This document shows positions 57,376 to 64,000 of a DNA stretch of 64,000 nt, piece by piece. The translations under genes were made by a program, and so were the position numbers. Source of the stretch: a virus; the IMG/VR virus record IMGVR_UViG_2786546122_000004, positions 3,022-67,021 of that record. One strand, written 5' to 3'. How positions within the stretch are numbered: the first letter of the stretch is position 1; each line of letters starts with the position of its first letter. The notes under the pieces are model-generated. The model was given only the letters and a program-made list of their open reading frames with translations, was not told the origin of the DNA and ran no database searches.

Positions 57376-59073
57376 TTAATAATTACTTTCAAATAAAAGC
57401 TTAATTCTATGATCCAACATACGATCTTGGTAATTATCCGCTTCATTTTTAACATAGTGTACAAAGTTATCAAAATATCCCTCAATGCCCCAATGCTTAT
57501 AGATGTTAAACATGAGTAATTTACATAAAATACACCAATCCCAGTGTTCTTGAGTTATTTGACCTTTAGGTAAAGGGAAAAAGAAATGGTTATCCTGTAT
57601 CTTTTGTTTTAAGTTTTCTTTTACCTCTTCATGATTTATAGAAGTAATTGAATCCATGAGATATTTTAAGTAGTTATTAGAACCGAACATTTTACTTGTA
57701 AAACAATCACTTATTTTATCCGCTAATTTATTATAATATTGGTAAATTATTTCATGATTAATCAATTTGATTATTTCTTTAACCTCTTTGCTTTGTAAGG
57801 TATACTGTGATAATGAAATATCATTCTCAAAAACGGTTTTTTCTATGTCTACATGTTTTGCAATATTAGGCTTAATCTTTCTAAGTAATTCTTCTTTGTC
57901 TAGATTAATATCAATGGACAAAATCTCTGACCATTCTACCCCATTAGTAATTGCTTGAATTATGTTTCCAATTGTTTCTTCTCCACTTAGTTCCTCAAAA
58001 AATTTTTTTGATTCCACAATCACATTTATAATCTCTTCTTCTGATGAAAGAAAATTTATGGGTTGGTAATTAAAATTATTTATAAAGTCTATCTCATTTA
58101 GGATGTTTGCCTTGTTAAACTCCCCACTCTCATACAAACGTTTAATGTGGAATAATACACTTTTACTCATGGAATTATCCAATGAGTTTTTCATTATATA
58201 GGCGCACATATAATCTACAATTGCACTTTCGCTTTCTGAATACCTTCTCATTTTCTCATCCATTAGGATCATTTTACCGTTATGTTCAACATTAAATACA
58301 ATTGTGGCGAAACACATTCGATAAACATCTTCTTTAGTAAACTTGTCACTAAACACGTTCTGCCCCAATGTATTTATTACTTCTAAAATTAATAGTTTTA
58401 TTTTCTGGAATGTTCTTAAATTTTTAAAAGAGAAAAATTCAGTAAGACCGCTAAGTGTTTCCCATACTTCTTCCCCTAGAATTTCAACAGGAGCATTGTC
58501 AGAGTATTTTTCAATAAAGTATGTACGATCAATTGCTTTTTCTTTGTAATCAAAGAAAATGCTTTCATTATCAGCATCTAAATGTTTTGTTGCTGCAATT
58601 AAAACAGTTTTAATTCCTTTAATTTTTGACAAGCTGTCCGATAAACCGAATATTTCTTTCAATCCAAGTTCTTCGTGTTTTCTTTCTAAATCATCAAATA
58701 TAATGATATACGTATCCTTTTGACTTAATTCTTTCTCCATAGCTTTATAAATATCGCCAAGTAAAGGAATGGTTAAAGAAAAACCGTAAATAGAAAAGTC
58801 TATTTTATTTAATTTCCCTGCCATATCTGTATACCTTTTTTTAAATTTGCCACCTATATCATCATTTGCTATTAGCTTAAAATAGATATCTTGGATTATG
58901 GTTTTAATATCTTTTTGTCCAAATAGGGATATGTAACAGCTATTAGGATAATCTTTTGTAAAATCTTCGACATACTTTGTTTTACCTATTCCCCACTCAC
59001 CCTCTATTAGCACTCTGTTATAAGAAGATTGACCAAGCTTCTCTAATACATCTATTATTTCATTTGCTTTCAT
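57376..59073 (-). CDS. KAP-family P-loop NTPase, candidate phage-exclusion protein
   Basis: Walker A IEGEWGIGKT, Walker B IIIFDDLER, NLRT..K. Confidence 0.85.
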   Translation of the reverse strand: MKANEIIDVLEKLGQSSYNRVLIEGEWGIGKTKYVEDFTKDYPNSCYISLFGQKDIKTIIQDIYFKLIANDDIGGKFKKRYTDMAGKLNKIDFSIYGFSLTIPLLGDIYKAMEKELSQKDTYIIIFDDLERKHEELGLKEIFGLSDSLSKIKGIKTVLIAATKHLDADNESIFFDYKEKAIDRTYFIEKYSDNAPVEILGEEVWETLSGLTEFFSFKNLRTFQKIKLLILEVINTLGQNVFSDKFTKEDVYRMCFATIVFNVEHNGKMILMDEKMRRYSESESAIVDYMCAYIMKNSLDNSMSKSVLFHIKRLYESGEFNKANILNEIDFINNFNYQPINFLSSEEEIINVIVESKKFFEELSGEETIGNIIQAITNGVEWSEILSIDINLDKEELLRKIKPNIAKHVDIEKTVFENDISLSQYTLQSKEVKEIIKLINHEIIYQYYNKLADKISDCFTSKMFGSNNYLKYLMDSITSINHEEVKENLKQKIQDNHFFFPLPKGQITQEHWDWCILCKLLMFNIYKHWGIEGYFDNFVHYVKNEADNYQDRMLDHRIKLLFESNY

Positions 59074-59118
59074 TGGTCTCCTCCAATTATTTAAATTTGG
59101 ATAAAAGAATGATTTTAT

Positions 59119-59355
59119 TTAAACACCTTGAGTATAGTCTGATTTGTCAATAGTTACGAGATGTTCAATATCATCATAGTGCTCTGCATTCATAACCTCA
59201 TAAATATCAATTCCAAGATTTTTCTTCAAATTGCTTTTAGCATGTAAAACAATCATATTATCTGCATTAATGCCATTAGGCATTTGTGGTACACCCGCAT
59301 CTGTTTTGATTTCTACACCGTTTACATTGAAAGTTACTTTTACTGTATTTTGCAT
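59119..59355 (-). CDS. hypothetical phage protein
   Basis: ORF track; RBS AGGAGAGG. Confidence 0.7.
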   Translation of the reverse strand: MQNTVKVTFNVNGVEIKTDAGVPQMPNGINADNMIVLHAKSNLKKNLGIDIYEVMNAEHYDDIEHLVTIDKSDYTQGV

Positions 59356-59449
59356 TATAACCTCTCCTATTCCCTATAAAAGTACGATTTTATGTAGACC
59401 CAGAAAACTTGTAATTCCTTCCTATGCTTGTAACTTTAGTATACCATTT

Positions 59450-59686
59450 TCATCCTGAGTGATCGATATGGTTATGGCTTTTTTCGAATATCAGCAATTC
59501 CTGCAGCTCGATGTTTAGGTATGTACAGACTTTATCTAACAGATCTCTTGGATACCGCTCCATTTCGTCATTATAAAGCTTTCTGACAGTTGGATACTCA
59601 TGATCAATATCCCTTGATAGCTTCCGGATACTGATCTTTCTTTCGTCTATTATGGGCTTTAAATTTGATTTAATGATTGTTGTCAC
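59450..59686 (-). CDS. XRE-family HTH regulator (YopB-like)
   Basis: [23 protein letters not shown]...[16 protein letters not shown]. Confidence 0.8.
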   Translation of the reverse strand: MTTIIKSNLKPIIDERKISIRKLSRDIDHEYPTVRKLYNDEMERYPRDLLDKVCTYLNIELQELLIFEKSHNHIDHSG

Positions 59687-59769
59687 CTCTTAGTTATTTC
59701 TGATCACTTAAAATGATCATTAACTAAATAATAATGGCCAAGGCTTTTTTCTCCTTGGCCTCGCTGAAT

Positions 59770-60207
59770 TTAATACTCATCAGGCTCTTCATGTTCAAAT
59801 CCATAAATACCGTTTATCCAAACATCTCCACAACCTGGATTCTTTGTAATCTCTAACACATGATTACGATTAGCATCTCCCTCTACTCGGTCTGTAGCAG
59901 TATAGTCTAAATAATTTCCGGTAAATTCTTTCACACTACGTGGGAATACCCAGCCAGCAAGAGTAATTCTGCTGATTTTCATATTTAGAGTACAACCTTC
60001 AGCATTGCGAATTGTGAATTTGTAAAATAGCCAAGTACGGTCATAATTACGATCAAAATAATCTGCCATAGAAAAACTTTCTGAATCCTCACTCATGTGA
60101 AAGTTTACATTTTTGTACTCTAATGTAAGCTTTGCCTCGGCATTTGGAATACTAAAACTCGACATAAAGCCAAGGCAAATCAAAGTCAGAACGATTAATT
60201 TTTTCAT
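59770..60207 (-). CDS. YoaW-like secreted protein
   Basis: Signal peptide; NVNFHMS, YKFTIRNAEGC, KNPGCGDVWI; terminator GGCCAAGG/CCTTGGCC at 59736-59760. Confidence 0.7.
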   Translation of the reverse strand: MKKLIVLTLICLGFMSSFSIPNAEAKLTLEYKNVNFHMSEDSESFSMADYFDRNYDRTWLFYKFTIRNAEGCTLNMKISRITLAGWVFPRSVKEFTGNYLDYTATDRVEGDANRNHVLEITKNPGCGDVWINGIYGFEHEEPDEY

Positions 60208-60297
60208 TCCCTCTCCCCCTTTTATTCCAATTATAATATAAATTGGTAATTAAAGGACGATCTTTTTTCTTAATAAGGAAGAAATTTTATGACGTTC

Positions 60298-60681
60298 TTA
60301 CTTAGCTGCTTTCTTTGCCTTGTTTTGCAGAAAAACTGAATCCCAGATCCAAAAGATTACAGCAAATGAAATGCTAAATAAGTAAATTTCATATCCCATT
60401 AGAAAGTCTATTGTGGTTTTTGGGTCAGTAGTTATAGCAAAGATTAACCACACTAAGAAGGAAAAGAATATGTATGTAAGCAAATATTTCAGGCTAAACC
60501 TTTTTGAATTGCGATTCAAGAAATATTGAACAGGTGCAGCAAAGATTAAATAGAAGATAAAGAGAATAACACTTATTAATAAGTATGGAATATAGCCATC
60601 ATAATCAATGCCCAAAACATAAACAACAGCAGCTGATAATGCAGACAAGACATGCACAATAAAGATCCTTAAAACTTGCAT
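60298..60681 (-). CDS. UPF0715 family four-TM membrane protein
   Basis: FAAPVQYFLNR..KRFSL.YL, FWIWDS; ATG with RBS GAAAGGGG. Confidence 0.7.
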   Translation of the reverse strand: MQVLRIFIVHVLSALSAAVVYVLGIDYDGYIPYLLISVILFIFYLIFAAPVQYFLNRNSKRFSLKYLLTYIFFSFLVWLIFAITTDPKTTIDFLMGYEIYLFSISFAVIFWIWDSVFLQNKAKKAAK

Positions 60682-60760
60682 GTTTATAACCCCTTTCATG
60701 TTAGAAGCTTCAACATTGTCTAGATCCCTCCTTAAAATCACTTTAAAATCCATGTTTTAT

Positions 60761-61099
60761 TCAGTTATTTAGATTTGGCCTAATTAGATTAGCGATATCT
60801 TTTATATATTCAATAAACTGATTTTGGTCTTGAAGAATACCCAGCTTTTCGTATTCACCGGTAAAAAGCCATTGAGGGGTTTCCCCATTTGTCTGTATCT
60901 CCATGATAAAACTAGTCCCTTTTGTATTAATCTCTTCATCTTCCCCAGTTTCATAATGATATTCAATTAATTTTTTCAAAGAGTGGTTGTCTTTTATTTC
61001 TTTTGTGTAAAAAGTTAACCCTTGATCCTCATATTGCTTAAGTTTAAAGCCGTTATCCAATAAAAATTTAAGGTTGTTTTCATTTAACACTGTCATCAC
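60761..61099 (-). CDS. hypothetical phage protein
   Basis: ORF track. Confidence 0.7.
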   Translation of the reverse strand: MMTVLNENNLKFLLDNGFKLKQYEDQGLTFYTKEIKDNHSLKKLIEYHYETGEDEEINTKGTSFIMEIQTNGETPQWLFTGEYEKLGILQDQNQFIEYIKDIANLIRPNLNN

Positions 61100-61133
61100 T
61101 TAGAACCCCTCTCATTAAAGCTGTAGTAAGTAT

Positions 61134-61439
61134 TTAAATGTCTTCTTCGATTAAATTTTCTTTCAAAAGTTCTAATAGCTTATCAACATATTCTTTTTGA
61201 TCTTCATTGAAGTAAGTGCTAAACAAATCATTCTTTTCAAAGTCATCGAGTTTATCTTTAAGGCTTGAAATCTCATATAGTGTTTCAACTGGCTTCCCCT
61301 CAAAAACAAACTCAACACTTTCATCACCACACAAAGTAATCGTTTCAAGCGCTTCTTTAATGTCTCTATTCCAGTTTTTCAAATAAAACAATTCCATTGA
61401 CACGTCATACGATAGACCAATCGTGTACATGTTTAACAC
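61134..61439 (-). CDS. hypothetical acidic phage protein
   Basis: ORF track; RBS AAGGAG. Confidence 0.65.
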   Translation of the reverse strand: MLNMYTIGLSYDVSMELFYLKNWNRDIKEALETITLCGDESVEFVFEGKPVETLYEISSLKDKLDDFEKNDLFSTYFNEDQKEYVDKLLELLKENLIEEDI

Positions 61440-61505
61440 TCCTTATTCGCTTAGAATTAATGTTTATTGTTTCTTACTAGACTTATTTTGGTTTAAACTG
61501 CTGTT

Positions 61506-61751
61506 TTATTCAGATTTATTATAGAGCTTATAATCTCCTTCGCCATCCTCATGATAAACATCTTTAGAGTCACATTTTTTGCAAATGAAACTACCTTCAT
61601 TGAAGATATTGTCTATACCTGAATCTGAATAGTCTACATCATAAATCTTTCCGTTCCTCGCTCCACCTGTTGTATCGATAAGCTGTTTAGCCGCCACCGA
61701 CAGCTCTAAGTAGAAAAAGCGTTCATTACCGCAATCATTACATTTAGCCAT
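61506..61751 (-). CDS. zinc-ribbon protein
   Basis: CNDC...CKKC; RBS AAGGAGG. Confidence 0.7.
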   Translation of the reverse strand: MAKCNDCGNERFFYLELSVAAKQLIDTTGGARNGKIYDVDYSDSGIDNIFNEGSFICKKCDSKDVYHEDGEGDYKLYNKSE

Positions 61752-61917
61752 TGTTTAACGCCTCCTTATCCCGTTTAAGCTTCCGAATAGTTTCATTCTG
61801 TCTTTCTATAACATTTTCGTAATAGCAGAGCCTTTCTAAAGCGTGCGTAGGATTTTTCTTAATCCATCTCAATCTTTTAACGAGCAGTCTCAGGCTTAAT
61901 TTATCCATTGAAATCAT
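61744..61917 (-). CDS. small basic hypothetical protein (57 aa)
   Basis: Manual: MISMDKLSLRLLVKRLRWIKK...; RBS GAGGTG. Confidence 0.5.
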   Translation of the reverse strand: MISMDKLSLRLLVKRLRWIKKNPTHALERLCYYENVIERQNETIRKLKRDKEALNNG

Positions 61918-61949
61918 TTGATCACCTCTCTATGTATAAAATTGTTGTT

Positions 61950-62231
61950 TTATTCAGTTATTATTTCAGGATTTTTATCTGCTTTGTTTTCGACTTTCCC
62001 TATCCTTACAACCGAGATCAAATCCCCATCCCATTCAATAACACTAGCATAATAGAATAACTGATTGTCTTTTTCATAAAGCTCTGTTCTGATACGTTCA
62101 TACCACTTATGACCAAGGTAAGGATAGTCATATTTGAACTGTCCTTTATATGTAAAACCCATCTGTTCCATTGCTTCGTCAAGTTTACCTACTGGATTAT
62201 CCAACCTTATATCAATCATTATTTCTTCCAT
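61950..62231 (-). CDS. hypothetical phage protein
   Basis: ORF track. Confidence 0.65.
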   Translation of the reverse strand: MEEIMIDIRLDNPVGKLDEAMEQMGFTYKGQFKYDYPYLGHKWYERIRTELYEKDNQLFYYASVIEWDGDLISVVRIGKVENKADKNPEIITE

Positions 62232-62264
62232 CGTGATTCACTCCATTCTGTTTAAATTACTGTT

Positions 62265-62534
62265 TTATTCATCCTTAGAAAATTGTCTATTGAAAAGTTC
62301 AATCGCTCTATCATAGGTTGCTAATTGTGCGAGATGTTTGTCAATATTACTGCCATTTCCTTGCAAGCCATCCGATATATATAATTGCTGATTGTTTTTT
62401 AACTTTGATTCTAAATTATCTAACATGTTACGAATGCTTGAAATTTCATTCTCTAATCGCATTTTAGCCTGTTCTCTTTCTGCTTCAAGTATAACTAGGT
62501 TCCTATTTTCTTTCGTCATATCATTCTCTTTCAT
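62265..62534 (-). CDS. hypothetical protein, paralog of 3638..3907
   Basis: Shared SDGLQGNG motif. Confidence 0.8.
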   Translation of the reverse strand: MKENDMTKENRNLVILEAEREQAKMRLENEISSIRNMLDNLESKLKNNQQLYISDGLQGNGSNIDKHLAQLATYDRAIELFNRQFSKDE

Positions 62535-62635
62535 TTCAATCTCCCCGTTCTGTTTAAAATATGCATTTTATAATGTTTATATTTTTTGCATTTGTTAATT
62601 GTATTATAACCTGATTATCCATAATTATCAACAAT

Positions 62636-62664
62636 TTATTATACATATTTTTTATTTTTATCAT
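62636..62664 (-). promoter_or_regulatory. SPBRE-type promoter
   Basis: ATGATA-AAAATAAAAAATATG-TATAAT core. Confidence 0.6.
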
Positions 62665-62874
62665 ACACTCTAAAATATTGGCTCATGAGGGGGTTTGGGG
62701 GTGGTGTGAGCAAAAATTGTTCAGGTGAGGAACGAACCGTTTTGAACAATTAGCAGCACCCCCATTCTCTTATTTTATCATTTAATTTATTTTTGTCTCT
62801 CTTAAAGACTTAGACGGGAAAAACCTTGGTATTACTGAGCTTTTTTTAGAGTTTAAGAGGTTTATTCTCTTTAA

Positions 62875-64000
62875 CTACCCATTTAACCAATCAACGAGTA
62901 ACCCCCTCATCCTTAATGAAGGTATGTATAATGTTATTTCTTCACCATCTCTTATTGCAGATCTCCAAATCCATTGTACCAATTCGGATAATGCAAATGC
63001 ATCTTGATCAATTGTTATTTGATATTTCTCTTTAAAATAATTATATAGAACTGTGTTAACGTATCTGTTTATTGTATACACTAAGTGTTTTTTGTGCTTA
63101 AAATCATTGGTAGCTCTTGCATTACATGACACAAACCCTTTTGTATATCCATTCCCCTTTACTTTGTTTTTATGTTCTGAATAAGTCGTCCACATAGCTT
63201 CATCACTTGATGACTTAACAATGTTGTTAAAGTAATTGAATACATTATTCTTTACTTTCTTGATCGTATACGGTGATTTATTTTTATACCAATTAGATGA
63301 TAATGAATAATCCAATTGGCCAACTGTATTCAAGTTACCTTCATATATTTTAATTTTATTTCTTAATTGAGCCTTTAGAATACTCTCATATTCAGTATTA
63401 TGTTTTATAAACCTGTACTGCCCATCTATAAATTCAGAAACGTATTTTTGATAGTTGATATTATTTATATCATAATAATATCTTTGTATTTGAGCATCAA
63501 ACATGTAAGTGAGTATGTAAACTTCTTTAAACAACTTGAATATATCTGCAGGAAAATTCCAAATCAATATATTATCTTTAAAGTACATCAGATTATTGTT
63601 TAAAGCCATATCACGGATATCATCATAGCGAGTTTCATAGTCCTTTTTTTCTTCGTTCCATTTGACAAATCCGTCTTCAACATATATTAACTTTGATTCA
63701 AATAGTGTAGTAAGATCATGCTTCTTAACGCGTAACTGTTCAACTACTTCCATAACTTCATCTAATATCAATGTATAGTTGCCTGAAAGGATCAGCTCCT
63801 TTGTTTCGTCATTAGCATTTTTAAATAGATTATGTGTAGCAACAATATTTTTGTTCTGAGATAAAAGTTCATGAAATGACTCAAACTTATATTGTGTTTT
63901 GTCACCTTTCTTCTTTACTTTAGGTTCATAAATTTGTTTACTGCTTATGCTCTTCTTAATGCGATCCACTTCATCCAAGTACGGTGTAATGAAAATAAAA
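62875..64000 (-). CDS. yonV: YonV, SF2 helicase-like protein (5' end outside window)
   Basis: FIFITPYLDEV, LILDEV (Walker B), QWIWRSAIR (motif VI-like); frame open to 64000. Confidence 0.7.
   Translation of the reverse strand, partial: FIFITPYLDEVDRIKKSISSKQIYEPKVKKKGDKTQYKFESFHELLSQNKNIVATHNLFKNANDETKELILSGNYTLILDEVMEVVEQLRVKKHDLTTLFESKLIYVEDGFVKWNEEKKDYETRYDDIRDMALNNNLMYFKDNILIWNFPADIFKLFKEVYILTYMFDAQIQRYYYDINNINYQKYVSEFIDGQYRFIKHNTEYESILKAQLRNKIKIYEGNLNTVGQLDYSLSSNWYKNKSPYTIKKVKNNVFNYFNNIVKSSSDEAMWTTYSEHKNKVKGNGYTKGFVSCNARATNDFKHKKHLVYTINRYVNTVLYNYFKEKYQITIDQDAFALSELVQWIWRSAIRDGEEITLYIPSLRMRGLLVDWLNG

Larger units (their letters stand above)
1215..62576. repeat. dispersed gene-junction palindrome family WTAAAA-N6-TTTTAW (about 34 copies)
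   Basis: Core starts at 1220,1930,2275,3143,3927,8354,14216,15532,15870,16793,17258,18629,19997,34447,36736,37819,40367,40688,41995,42790,43088,43756,44568,46283,53802,54437,56858,59101,59376,60743,61492,61936,62251,62554. Confidence 0.85.
1..64000 (-). mobile_element. SPbeta-like prophage, early/replication/lysogeny arm (partial)
   Basis: Gene order yos-yor-yoq-yop-yonV matches SPbeta; aimR/aimP, sro operon, nrdE intein and sspC are present. Confidence 0.97.

Noticed and set aside
1215-62576. Junction palindromes as a CRISPR array or as host Xer dif sites
   Set aside because: They are dispersed singly between whole genes, with no regular spacers and no cas genes. The arms (TTTTATYYAGA) differ from the recalled B. 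subtilis dif arms (ACTTCCTAGAA / TTATGTAAACT).
207-63603. Antisense or overlapping track ORFs (e.g. 4687..4917, 15562..15873, 18683..19039, 29497..29835, 39337..39636, 44840..45220, 63400..63603)
   Set aside because: They are shadows of well-supported genes on the other strand or frame, with no RBS and no recognisable motifs.
1-64000. tRNA, rRNA, att sites and IS elements
   Set aside because: No cloverleaf, rRNA signature, transposase or attachment core was recognised by eye; tRNAscan-SE and ISEScan would be the decisive checks.

Overview
The whole window is the early, replication and lysogeny arm of an SPbeta-like temperate Bacillus (subtilis group) prophage, read almost entirely on the minus strand. 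Both ends are internal: a CoiA-like ORF runs off base 1 and yonV runs off base 64000. No att site, structural genes, rRNA, tRNA or CRISPR array is visible. Recognisable modules are sspC, thyP3-type thyA plus dfr, dUTPase, thioredoxin, nrdIEF (385-aa LAGLIDADG intein in nrdE, no introns), yosL (MazE mimic), an SPR-type multispecific C5 methyltransferase, the yorE-yorL replisome, ligB and SRAP, the yopM-yopR (sro/mrpR) repression operon, and a GMPRGA-type arbitrium system (aimR, aimP, AimR operator). Accessory genes include DUF1643, VanZ, HNH, DUF559, SMEK, KAP NTPase, a frameshifted GNAT and several small secreted proteins. The most striking unexplained signal is a dispersed 28-bp palindrome (consensus TCTRRATAAAA-N6-TTTTATYYAGA, about 34 copies found by eye). 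It sits at accessory-gene junctions, usually overlaps the upstream stop codon, and was not found in the replisome or sro operons, which suggests a cassette-like organisation. SPbeta gene names come from recalled sequence, length and synteny, not from database searches.
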